From Coleofasciculus chthonoplastes F2-STO-03 (GTDB taxonomy: Bacteria > Cyanobacteriota > Cyanobacteriia > Cyanobacteriales > Coleofasciculaceae): a stretch of DNA of 64,000 nt. The translations under genes were made by a program, and so were the position numbers. How positions within the stretch are numbered: position 1 is the stretch's first letter; the number at the start of each line of letters is the position of its first letter. Shown piece by piece: positions 29,536-40,810 of this stretch. The notes under the pieces are model-generated. The model was given only the letters and a program-made list of their open reading frames with translations. It made no database searches and was not told the origin of the DNA. The stretch is from NCBI GenBank assembly GCA_040222015.1, contig JAVJWO010000153.1, forward strand, positions 1 to 64,000, in the 5' to 3' direction.

Positions 29536-30657
29536 CTAAACTTGAACGGACAAATTCATTGGATTATGGGGCATAAATCCACACACTTGCTCCATCAGTT
29601 GTGTCACTTTGCCAAAAAATACAGCTTCTGAGAAGTTACTCAGAGCATAATTACGAATCTGGGCATAATCCCATGTTAGTTGATTGAATTCAACTAAGGC
29701 AGCATGGATGGCTTCTGGGGTTTGTTTGTTGAAAAATACGCCCGTTTTCCCAGGAATTTGGGTTTCGAGTACACCTCCTGCACCATAAGCAATCACTGGG
29801 GTGCCACTGGTGTTGGCTTCAATGGGGACTAATCCATAATCTTCTAATGCCGCAATAATTACCCCCCGTGCTTTTGCCAGGAGTTGCTTGCGCTCCTTAT
29901 CACTCACATACCCCAGAAATCGAATATTGTTCAATGCTTTGGCTTCAAGACGTTCTCTTTCGGGTCCATCACCAGCAATCAGTAAAGTCCACCCTAGCCA
30001 ATTAAAGGCTTCCACTATAATATCGATGCGTTTGTAGCTGATCATGCGGGAAGAAACATAGAAATAATCTTCCTTTTTATCGTCAAAAATAAACTTGCTG
30101 GTATTAATTGGATAGTGAATGACTTGTGCTGGTTTGCCATAGATGCTTTGAATGCGTTTAGCCACCGTGGTTGAATTTGCAATATAGAGATCTGGTTCCT
30201 GAGCGTAGATGATATCGAACTCTCGGAGCTTATTAAAGATTTTTTCAATTAGAGAAGAATAGAGTCGAAAGTCTTTGTATTCCCGTAGGTAAGTTTGGGT
30301 GTCCCAGAGAAACCGGGTGACGTTATGACAAAAACAAATATGAATAGCGTCAGGACGTTTCCGCACCCCTTTAGCGAAGCTACTAGTGCTACTAATGATT
30401 AAATCATACTCTTGCAGGCCTAATGCCCGAAACGCTGGATAGTAGAACGGCGCCAAGAGTCGGAAATACTTGGTGGCGCCGGGAATATTTTGCAGTTGCG
30501 TGGTGTTCACCAAGCGATCGCCTAACTCAATAGTTCCCTCTGGATCATATAGTGATGTAAATACGTCAGCTTCGGGAAAATATTGACAAAGCAGTTCAAA
30601 TACTCGCTCTGCTCCCCCTCTTTGCGTTAAATAATCATGAACTAAAGCAATTTTCAT
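29536..30657 (-). CDS. Glycosyltransferase family 4
   Basis: MKIALVHDYLTQRGGAERV; EDYGLVPIEA. Confidence 0.93.
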   Translation of the reverse strand: MKIALVHDYLTQRGGAERVFELLCQYFPEADVFTSLYDPEGTIELGDRLVNTTQLQNIPGATKYFRLLAPFYYPAFRALGLQEYDLIISSTSSFAKGVRKRPDAIHICFCHNVTRFLWDTQTYLREYKDFRLYSSLIEKIFNKLREFDIIYAQEPDLYIANSTTVAKRIQSIYGKPAQVIHYPINTSKFIFDDKKEDYFYVSSRMISYKRIDIIVEAFNWLGWTLLIAGDGPERERLEAKALNNIRFLGYVSDKERKQLLAKARGVIIAALEDYGLVPIEANTSGTPVIAYGAGGVLETQIPGKTGVFFNKQTPEAIHAALVEFNQLTWDYAQIRNYALSNFSEAVFFGKVTQLMEQVCGFMPHNPMNLSVQV

Positions 30658-30844
30658 GACGTTATGTTATACACCCTGGTTAATAACTCCAAAACGTAGC
30701 TTCATACATGACATTTAGACATCAAAATGAAGTTTTATGGTTGAGTTGTTTTGTACTGATTATGCGAATAAGTGTGTCACAAAAGTCATACAGTAACCCT
30801 GATACAAATCTGTTCTAGGCTGTCACTCATTTAAATAAATGGGA

Positions 30845-30943
30845 TATAGCGATCCTAAATGAGTTATGACAAGTGAACGGCTTTAAACCCAGATATAGTA
30901 AGGATCTAATGAAAATTGCTACAACCTATTTAGGACTGCTATA
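30845..30943. mobile_element. TA-flanked MITE
   Basis: TATAGCGATCCTAAAT...ATTTAGGACTGCTATA inverted ends. Confidence 0.7.
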
Positions 30944-31116
30944 TGAGTAGCGACCAAGAGGGTTGTACTACAATCAGTTCGCAATTCTGGATAATAATGT
31001 TTATAGAACAAACAGGTTACCATCGGCTGACTATGTTACATAAATTCTGAAAACACTATGTACCCACAACTTTATCGCGAAGCTAGATGGCTTATTTAAA
31101 TTAAGTTACAGGCTAT

Positions 31117-31220
31117 TAAGCTGTTCGGCATTTAAACCTTAATGTCAATAATGGCAAAATCCTTGTAGTGCGAGCCAGAAAGCTCGCTACCCATTCCCAA
31201 TTTAAATGCATGATAGCTTA
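31117..31220. mobile_element. MITE with an internal GTAG hairpin
   Basis: TAAGCTGTTCGGCATTTAAA...TTTAAATGCATGATAGCTTA; internal GTAGTGCGAGC...GCTCGCTAC. Confidence 0.65.
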
Positions 31221-31631
31221 CCCAGATAAAATATGGCTAAAATAATAAAAAGTGATTAATTATTAATATTTTAGACATCATAACATACTCAGGAAGTATT
31301 TGTCAATGATAATTTTAGAAAAAATATCCGGCTTTAATCTAAATGTGATATTTTTACACTATTGTCACAAAACTAAATTTAAGTCAATGATTAAGTTTGC
31401 CCACAGATGGATCATCATGACCAAAGTAGAGTTGACTCAATTGAGCCAAGGAAACATCGTTTTCCGGTTGGGGATTACATAATGACTATGTTGAAGCGTT
31501 ATTGGCGAGTATTAGTAATGTTGAGTGCCGAGTGATTCATGCTTAAACGTTCGACAACCAGGTGGCGTCCAAAGAAGTAATAGTCGTTCATCTGTGCAAA
31601 ATATCCAAGTACATTACAGGGGCTAAAGATT

Positions 31632-32630
31632 ATGCAATCCGGTCAAATCCGACTCAACAAGGTGACAAAAGAATGGGTGATTTATGCACCGAGTCGGCGT
31701 AAGCGTCCCCAAGATTTTCAGCAAAAAAGTTACCAAAAACAAACTTCAGGGATTCTACCGCGAGATTGTCCCTTTTGTTCCGGCAATGAACATAAAGCTG
31801 AGAGAATTGTCCTAGAGATGCCCAGCCGACACCACAAAGGCTGGCAAACGCGGGTTGTACTGAATAAGTTTCCCGCCTTAACTCCCGATGAAGACAGAGA
31901 GCGATCGAAGGAGGGGATTTATTTAATGATGCCTGGTTATGGTCAGCATGAAGTAATTATTGAAAGTCCTGATCACTATCAAGATCTTGCCACAATGTCA
32001 ATTGAGGACGTAGAAACGGTGATTGAAACCTATCACAAGCGCTACGTCTCACTCATGCAAGTCCATAAGAATATGATGGCAATCATCTTTCGCAATCACG
32101 GGATGAAAGCCGGTGCATCCTTAAGTCATCCCCATTCTCAAATGATTGTAACGGGCATGGTTCCTCAAAATATTCGAGTGCGAGAACAAGAAGCCCAGCG
32201 ATATTATGATCAATGGCAACGATGCGTGTATTGCGATATTTTAGAGTTTGAACAGCATCACCGGAGACGGGTAATTGCTGAAAATGAATCATTTCTGGCG
32301 TTTATTCCTTTTGCGGCTGATGTGCCGTTTGAAATTTGGATTATGCCGAAAGAACATGAGGCAGATTTTGGTAGTATCTCCCCTATTGAAAAGTCACATT
32401 TTGCGTTAATTCTCAAAAATGTCTTGACCCGCTTGTACGAAAAGCTAAGTGATCCCGATTATAATTATGTTATTAATACGGCTGCCCGTTACAAAGCCGA
32501 AGAACCCCAAATTCATTGGTATTGCCAAATTAGTCCTCGGCTAACTACCCCAGCCGGATTTGAACTGGGTTCTGGGATTAGTATCAATCCTTCTTTACCT
32601 GAAATTGATGCCGATTTTTTAAATTCTTAA
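31632..32630 (+). CDS. galT: Galactose-1-phosphate uridylyltransferase
   Basis: R.KRP, CPFC, NKFPAL, GASLSHPHSQ (HxHxQ), AGFELG. Confidence 0.92.
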   Translation: MQSGQIRLNKVTKEWVIYAPSRRKRPQDFQQKSYQKQTSGILPRDCPFCSGNEHKAERIVLEMPSRHHKGWQTRVVLNKFPALTPDEDRERSKEGIYLMMPGYGQHEVIIESPDHYQDLATMSIEDVETVIETYHKRYVSLMQVHKNMMAIIFRNHGMKAGASLSHPHSQMIVTGMVPQNIRVREQEAQRYYDQWQRCVYCDILEFEQHHRRRVIAENESFLAFIPFAADVPFEIWIMPKEHEADFGSISPIEKSHFALILKNVLTRLYEKLSDPDYNYVINTAARYKAEEPQIHWYCQISPRLTTPAGFELGSGISINPSLPEIDADFLNS

Positions 32631-32745
32631 GTTTATTGGTCATTCGTCATACTCGCTTCGCGAGAAGCAAGCTACGTCATTCGTCATTTGTTATTAGACA
32701 GAGAATAACGATAAATACAGCCATTCCGTAACAATTACAACTGGA

Positions 32746-32807
32746 GCGGGGCGGGTTTAGTTGCATCTGGGTGAAGAAGAAACGATAATAGTAAAACCCG
32801 CCCCTAC
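32746..32807. repeat. GGGCGGGTT...AACCCGCCCCTAC hairpin repeat family
   Basis: Further copies at about 36112-36177, 37722-37786, 46379-46535 and 48611-48669; half copies near 39470, 43858 and 60841. Confidence 0.8.
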
Positions 32808-32917
32808 ACAGATGCCAAACTACGTCATTTTTCCTTTATCATCCGCGATCGCACTAGGGAGCATTTCAGGGACAGTACACTATTTATGGAATAGATCTTT
32901 AACTGCCATTATTGGTT

Positions 32918-33790
32918 CTACAAATTCTCGGACTCTTTCTCGCGCAGTTCTCGCACGGCTTCCCAACTTAATCCTGTTGTTGCCGCGATCGCTTCGTCAT
33001 CTAGTAGGGTGAGTAGCTTTTTAGCAATAGCGCGTTGTTCTTCTTTTTTGCCTTCTTCCCGACCTTCTTCCCGACCTTCTTCCCGACCGAGAGTAACCGC
33101 TCCTTGCTGATCATAAATAAACATTTCTCGACGCTCCAAATCTTCGATTTCTTCGATGGTTAGGTTGGCTTGATTGGCAATTTCAAAGGCTCGGTGAAGT
33201 TCCGGGATATTGTCCATATTTGTGGGAACTTCATCGAGCGATCGCGCTGATTTGATAAAGTAAATCCATTTGTCAGTAATCGTTTCTAGTTCTTCAATTT
33301 CTTTGGTAAACTTGGGTAATTCAACAAAAATCATTTCAATATCGTTTTCGGGATAAACATAGCCCTCCGATACTTCTCGATAAACGAACCGGGAGGTAAA
33401 CGGATGGCGACCTGGGAACATCTCAAAATCAGTTAAGGTTAGAGCAATAACGGGTTTAAGCATTCGGTAGCCTTCTCCTTTTTGCAGTTGAAAGGCGTAG
33501 GTCTTGGCGGCGTTAAACAAGACTCTCTTCCCAAAGGATTGCACATTCAGCACTTGCATTTCAATGATTACTAGTGTGCCGTTTTTCAGTCTAGCTTTGA
33601 CATCCAGGTAAGTGTCTTTTAAGCCTTCAACTTTCGGGGGCAAGTTGGGATTAATGATTTCTAAGTCTTCAATAGTAGAGTTACCATCATAAATCAAGGC
33701 ATTGAGAAAACTAATCAAAATGTCTTTACTTTCAGCGGAACCAAAGATTTTCTTGAAGGCGTAGTCAGTTTTAGGATTGATAAATGTCAT
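32918..33790 (-). CDS. Rpn family recombination-promoting nuclease / PD-(D/E)XK protein
   Basis: FINPKTDYAFKKIFG; LDV...IIEMQ; FVELPKF; GREE repeats and C-terminal IAATTGLS. ATG 33790 (TTG 33802 possible). Confidence 0.92.
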   Translation of the reverse strand: MTFINPKTDYAFKKIFGSAESKDILISFLNALIYDGNSTIEDLEIINPNLPPKVEGLKDTYLDVKARLKNGTLVIIEMQVLNVQSFGKRVLFNAAKTYAFQLQKGEGYRMLKPVIALTLTDFEMFPGRHPFTSRFVYREVSEGYVYPENDIEMIFVELPKFTKEIEELETITDKWIYFIKSARSLDEVPTNMDNIPELHRAFEIANQANLTIEEIEDLERREMFIYDQQGAVTLGREEGREEGREEGKKEEQRAIAKKLLTLLDDEAIAATTGLSWEAVRELREKESENL

Positions 33791-33858
33791 CGTTTGGGTC
33801 AAAACATGAGGGTTAAACTATTATAGCTTAGCTAGGGCTTCATGGCATTAAAACTTAC

Positions 33859-36012
33859 CTAATTCCTCATATTGGCTTGTTCAAAACTGGCGCTCGCTTC
33901 CTCTTCTCGTCCTAAATTCCGTAGCGCTAACCCTCGATTATTCCACGCTTCTGGGTAATCTGGCTGTAATTCTAATGCTTGATCAAAAGACAGAATGGCT
34001 TCGTCTTCTCGTCCTAAATTCCGTAAGGCTAACCCTCGATTGTTCCAGGCTTGGGCATAATTAGATTTTAATTCAATCGCTTGTTCAAAACAAACAATTG
34101 CTTCTTCATACCGCCCTAAATAATCCAAGGCTAACCCGCGATTATTCCAGGTTTCTGGGTCATCTGGCTGATTGTCTAAGGCGTGGCTGAAACTGATTAA
34201 CGCTTCCTGATAACGTCCTAACTGGATGAGGGTAACTCCGTGATGATTCCAGGTTTGGGCATCATCAGATTGTAGGGCTAAGGCTTGATCATAACTCTCT
34301 AAAGCCTCTTGGTAGCGTTCGACACTCTCTAAGGCAATTCCTCGATTCGCCCAGGCTTCAGCAAAATTAGGTTGAATGGCTAAGGCTTGATCATAACTGG
34401 CGATCGCAGCGTCCCAGCGCCCTTCTTGTAATAATAAATTGCCTCGGTTTACCCAGGCGGGATACAAATTCGGTTGGAGTTCTAGGGCGTTATCAAAGGT
34501 GGTAATGGCAGCCTCTGGGCGGTCTAAATGCATGAGGAGTAATCCTTTATTATACCATGCCTGGAAATAGTCCGGCTTGAGGGTAATTGCCCGATCAAAA
34601 CTGCTAATTGCGTCCTCTAAGCGTTCCAACTGACACAGCACTGTTCCCCGATGTTTCCAAGCCTCCGGGTGTTCCGGATACAATTCAACCACCCGATCCA
34701 AACAAGCGATCGCCTCTTGGGGACGTTGTAACTGCATCAAGGCGGTGCCTTGAATATACCAAGCATCCACATAGTCGGGTTGAATTGTCGTCGCTTGCTG
34801 ACAACTGGCGATCGCGTCTGCTAAATGCCCTAATTGAAATAATAAATGACCCCGATAAAACCAGGCTTGGGCATAATCAGGTTTCAACCTTGTCGCTTTA
34901 TCCAAACAAGCGATCGCGGCGTTGGGTTGTTCTCCCTGCATCAACGCCATTCCCTGCATGTACCACGCCTCGGCATAATCGGGATTAAAATAGGTAGCAT
35001 TCTGGCAACTCGAAACCGCTTCTCGATACCGTCCCAAATTATATAATGCACTACCCCGATTGCCCCAGGTAGAATAATCATCGGGTTTAAGCTGCAACGC
35101 TTGATCATAAGACGCGATCGCATCCTCTAAACGTCCTAAGCTAAAGAGGGCATTACCGCGATGAAACCAGGCTTCTGGGTAATTGGGTTGCAGTTCAGTT
35201 GCCTTTTCGCAGCTTGTCACGGCTTCAGCATAGCGAGTTAAATGAAACAGAACCAATCCCCGATTATTCCAAGCTTCTGGGGCGTTTGCTTGTAAGGTAA
35301 TGGCTTTTTCATAACTTGCTAAAGCATCTTCTAACCGTTCCAATCGATAAAATGTATTTCCTTGCTGAAACCACACCTCGTAATCATTGGGCTGTAGTGA
35401 AACCGCTTGTTGCCAATTCTCTAATGATTCATTATAACGGTTTAAATTAAACATAATCCAGCCTTTATTTTTCCAAGCATTAAGATAGTTATTATTTAAT
35501 CTTGTGGCTTGATCAAAGCTAGTTAATGCTTCCTCTTGGCGTCCCCCATTCATCAATACTAACCCTTGCATATACCAGGCTTGCACATAATCTGGTTGGC
35601 AGTGAGTCGCCCGTTGACAACTGGCTAACGCTTCTTCATAGTGTCCCAAATTATACAGCGTACTTGCCCGATTTCCCCAAGCCAATGCAAAATCAGGATT
35701 GAATTGTGTCGCTTGGTCATAGCTAGCTAAAGCATCCTCTAGGCGTCCTAATTTAAACAGAATATTCCCCTGATTAAACCAAGCTTCTGAGTAATCCGGT
35801 TTCAGCGTAATCGCTTTCTCATAGTGCGTCAATGCCGCGTCGAACCATCCAAGATGAAAACAAGTATTCCCCCAATAAAACCAAACTTCTGGCATATTGG
35901 GGTGTAATTGGGCAGCCTTCTCAAAACTCGCGATCGCTTCTCCATAGCGCCCAATCTTAAAGTATTCAATTCCCTGTTGCAACCACTGATTGGCTAAATA
36001 ATCATTTGTCAT
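33859..36012 (-). CDS. Tetratricopeptide repeat protein (about 20 TPRs)
   Basis: 34-aa repeats AWxNRGxAL..LGRYEEA..SYDQAL.L.PD across the whole protein. Confidence 0.95.
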   Translation of the reverse strand: MTNDYLANQWLQQGIEYFKIGRYGEAIASFEKAAQLHPNMPEVWFYWGNTCFHLGWFDAALTHYEKAITLKPDYSEAWFNQGNILFKLGRLEDALASYDQATQFNPDFALAWGNRASTLYNLGHYEEALASCQRATHCQPDYVQAWYMQGLVLMNGGRQEEALTSFDQATRLNNNYLNAWKNKGWIMFNLNRYNESLENWQQAVSLQPNDYEVWFQQGNTFYRLERLEDALASYEKAITLQANAPEAWNNRGLVLFHLTRYAEAVTSCEKATELQPNYPEAWFHRGNALFSLGRLEDAIASYDQALQLKPDDYSTWGNRGSALYNLGRYREAVSSCQNATYFNPDYAEAWYMQGMALMQGEQPNAAIACLDKATRLKPDYAQAWFYRGHLLFQLGHLADAIASCQQATTIQPDYVDAWYIQGTALMQLQRPQEAIACLDRVVELYPEHPEAWKHRGTVLCQLERLEDAISSFDRAITLKPDYFQAWYNKGLLLMHLDRPEAAITTFDNALELQPNLYPAWVNRGNLLLQEGRWDAAIASYDQALAIQPNFAEAWANRGIALESVERYQEALESYDQALALQSDDAQTWNHHGVTLIQLGRYQEALISFSHALDNQPDDPETWNNRGLALDYLGRYEEAIVCFEQAIELKSNYAQAWNNRGLALRNLGREDEAILSFDQALELQPDYPEAWNNRGLALRNLGREEEASASFEQANMRN

Positions 36013-36226
36013 TTGTCTTATGTCTTATGTCTTATGTCTTATGTCATTGTTTACATCCATGACCTGATTGGTTGCCCCATTCTCAGATTTTCTTATATTT
36101 TAAAACTCGGTCAGGGCGGGTTTTGCACAAACGTTACCATCCATAACCACGCATAAAATCCCTAAACCCGCCCCTACAAACCAGGTTCCCTTAAAGGTCG
36201 TGAAGGGTCAACACTCAACACTTTTC

Positions 36227-37621
36227 CTAACGGCGATCGCGAAACAGAAGAATAAAGGCAATCACTACAGCTATCACTCCTGTGCTAATACTCCCCCAAA
36301 ATACAGGAGTGAACAAGAATGGCGTCTCTTTCGCTGGGGGCAGTTGTTCGACCAAAACCGTCGCGGCGATACTGCTGACAATTAATCCGATACCAATTAA
36401 CGCGACGGTTGTATTCAGCGTGCGATTACTTTTGGTTTGTTCAATACCACTCACGCTTCCAATCGTGCGAATCAAATTTTCCATCAATGGTAATCCGGGA
36501 CGAAATGTCGCGCCATCCGTAGCGACTTGTTGCAGATATTTTTCATCCGCTACTTCACTAAAGTGGTTCAAAAATTTTAAATAGCTGCTTGTTTCTCGTT
36601 CCAGCTTTTGAATCCGCTTTTGATAATTTTCTAAATTCCCCTGAATCGTTGTTGTATAGTAATCTAGGTCATTTAAATTCATGGCATAATCTGATAATAT
36701 GGGCAAGGTCTGGATTAAAGTTGATTGCAGTTCTTTTAAATTTAAGCCTTGAGCAGGAATCGGATTAGGCAAGGTACGGACACTGGCAACTAAACGTCGA
36801 ATTTCATAAGACTGAAGTTTTAACTCTTGAGTACGACAACGACTTTGCCAGTATGCCCAAATAATTTTATGGCGATAGCTAAATAAGCGGATTAAATCCA
36901 AGTGAATATCATACATATTTTGCCGAATTTCCGTAACTTTTTTGCCAGCGGGAAACATGCAAATTATCAGATGATAGTTTTCCTGACTAAACGACTCCCA
37001 GTCTTGCTGCCAATTATCGGGAGAATGCCAATATTCAAATACCCTTGCCCCCAACAATCGTCCTTGTTCTCTAAATTCAGGAGTCCATTTAGAATTGGGG
37101 GTGAGCTGTTTATAACAGTCTTTAGCCAGTTGCTTTGGGTCTTGATTACTATCAGCAATTTGCACCGACACTAACCAGGTTTGACCAATTGTGCATTGCT
37201 GGGTGGGGAGCAGTTCCCAGGTATCCAACTGATGATTAATGTGAGACGCAATAATTTGCTTGAGTTTGTTTAAGGTTTCAATGCGTTGGGTCGCATCATT
37301 CGGTTGTTTCGTTTCCGCATCTTTATAATCTCCCGAACAATTAACTTGCAGGGCGTAAGCATCTCCGAGTTGCAGCGCTCGATAGTATCCATCTAAGGGA
37401 GATTCAAATGCCTTAATCAAGAGTTGGACATAATCCGCTTCGGGATTTTCTATGGCTGCTAATTGGTTGAGTTTGTCATCGTCTAAGTTGGGATCGATTT
37501 TTTGCCAAAATTGTTTACGGTAGTGATGTTTTTCCGGTAGAGAGTGACCGAAACTCTCGCGCAGGTCATATAAGAATAGATCGACGGTAGGGTAGATTAG
37601 CTGAGTCGGTTTGTTCATCAT
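36227..37621 (-). CDS. Hypothetical protein with helical stalk and two C-terminal TM helices
   Basis: 464-aa ORF; PTVDLFLYDL N-terminus; two hydrophobic helices at the C-terminus. Confidence 0.75.
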   Translation of the reverse strand: MMNKPTQLIYPTVDLFLYDLRESFGHSLPEKHHYRKQFWQKIDPNLDDDKLNQLAAIENPEADYVQLLIKAFESPLDGYYRALQLGDAYALQVNCSGDYKDAETKQPNDATQRIETLNKLKQIIASHINHQLDTWELLPTQQCTIGQTWLVSVQIADSNQDPKQLAKDCYKQLTPNSKWTPEFREQGRLLGARVFEYWHSPDNWQQDWESFSQENYHLIICMFPAGKKVTEIRQNMYDIHLDLIRLFSYRHKIIWAYWQSRCRTQELKLQSYEIRRLVASVRTLPNPIPAQGLNLKELQSTLIQTLPILSDYAMNLNDLDYYTTTIQGNLENYQKRIQKLERETSSYLKFLNHFSEVADEKYLQQVATDGATFRPGLPLMENLIRTIGSVSGIEQTKSNRTLNTTVALIGIGLIVSSIAATVLVEQLPPAKETPFLFTPVFWGSISTGVIAVVIAFILLFRDRR

Positions 37622-37643
37622 TGATGACCGTGGGAACGGGAGT

Positions 37644-37706
37644 GAGGGAGATGAGGGAGATGGGAAAGATGAGGGAGATGGGGGAGATAGGGAAGATGAG
37701 GGAGTT
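37644..37706. repeat. 9-bp tandem repeat (GAGGGAGAT-like, 7 copies)
   Basis: Direct reading. Confidence 0.8.
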
Positions 37707-38002
37707 AACTCACCATTTGGTCAGGGCGGGTTTTGTAGAAACGTTATCATCAATAGCGAAAAGAAAGTCTCTAAACCCGCCCCTACACAATCAAAACTCA
37801 CGCGCCATGCACTCGAACGCCGTGAATGGTTCCCCAATCCCCAGAGGTGGCGGTCTAAAGATAGCAGATTTTTTTCCTCCACCCCTCTGCCTCTGCACCC
37901 CTGCGCCCCCGCACCTCCGCTTCTCCACCCCCCGCCTCTTCGCTAATTCTAGGAAGTCGGCGACAGTTTTGACCAAATGTAACGGATTGCAAAGTATAAT
38001 GA

Positions 38003-39484
<1,482 letters not shown>

Positions 39485-39783
39485 GAGAAAAATTCATTAT
39501 CCTAACCCCACTATCCGTCTTTACCGTAACTATCCCAGCTAAAGCCCTGGAACTAAAATCGGCGAGAAGCTGTTTTTTGTCTATGGGCTGGAAGCTGGCG
39601 TTCCGTTGAACTGGGTTCTAAGACTGACCCGCTAAATTTTAGCGTACTTGAGCTTGGGTTCTGGGAAACATGTTTCTCGACTATAGGAGTCAGTACCATT
39701 CTTTTGACTTCTTTTGACGGTTAACTGCTATGACTTAATCCAGGATCTACTCCGCAAGCCCCTAACCGAATTACCTGCAACGA

Positions 39784-40710
39784 ATGCTTCAATTGCCTAA
39801 ATCTCCGCCCATGAGAAAGCTGGTTCCTGAATCTGAGGCTTATGAAATCTGTCGTCAGATTACAGCAAAATATGCCAAGACGTTTTATCTGGCTACCTTA
39901 CTTATGCCAGAACAAAAGCGTCGTGCTATATGGGCAATCTATTTCTGGTGTCGGCGAACCGATGAACTGGTGGATGGTCCCCAAGCCCGTTTAACCACGC
40001 CGGAAACCTTGGATCGCTGGGAACAGCAGTTAGAATCTGTTTTTGCGGGACAGCCGATCGAGGACGCGGATGTGGCGTTAGTGGATACGTTGCAACGATT
40101 CCCGATGGATATTCAACCGTTTCGGGATATGATCGCGGGTCAGCGGATGGACTTATTCCGCAGCCGTTATGAAACCTTTGAAGAACTTCAGCTATACTGC
40201 TATCGTGTGGCGGGTACGGTGGGATTAATGACCAGTCCGGTGCTAGGATTTGACTTGGATTGGAGTCAAACGCCCTGGAATAGTAAGTTTGGGACGAATC
40301 CGGTAGAGGAAGCGATCGCGTTAGGGATTGCTAAACAGTTGACCAATATCCTCCGCGATGTTGGCGAAGATGCTCAACGGGGTCGAATTTACTTGCCATT
40401 AGATGAATTAGCGCTATTTAATTATACAGAAGAGGATTTATTTAAGGGAGTGGTTGACGAGCGCTGGCAGGAATTAATGCGCTTCCAAATTCAACGGGCG
40501 CGTAAGTTTTATACTTACGCAGAAAAGGGTATTGGGGCGCTGAGTCGGGATGCGCGTTGGCCCGTCTGGGCGGCTACGATGCTGTATCAAGGGATTTTAG
40601 ATGTCATTGAGCGTAATAATTATGATGTATTTACGCAACGGGCTTATGTGTCTAAGGGGCGGAAGTTGCTTTATTTACCAGTAGCGTGGTTAAGGGCGCA
40701 GGCGCTTTAA
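39784..40710 (+). CDS. crtB: Phytoene synthase
   Basis: [39 protein letters not shown]; follows pds. Confidence 0.97.
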   Translation: MLQLPKSPPMRKLVPESEAYEICRQITAKYAKTFYLATLLMPEQKRRAIWAIYFWCRRTDELVDGPQARLTTPETLDRWEQQLESVFAGQPIEDADVALVDTLQRFPMDIQPFRDMIAGQRMDLFRSRYETFEELQLYCYRVAGTVGLMTSPVLGFDLDWSQTPWNSKFGTNPVEEAIALGIAKQLTNILRDVGEDAQRGRIYLPLDELALFNYTEEDLFKGVVDERWQELMRFQIQRARKFYTYAEKGIGALSRDARWPVWAATMLYQGILDVIERNNYDVFTQRAYVSKGRKLLYLPVAWLRAQAL

Positions 40711-40810
40711 TCGTCATTTGTCATTCGTCATTGGTCATTTGGCTTTTTCATGAGTTCCTGGTAGGGGCGCACCGACGTGCGCCCAAAAAACTATATTCAT
40801 GTTTATCCAA

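Noticed and set aside
30780..31370. NtcA or CRP sites upstream of the EPS cluster
   Set aside because: Best candidates have wrong spacing (GTA-N7-TAC) or several mismatches
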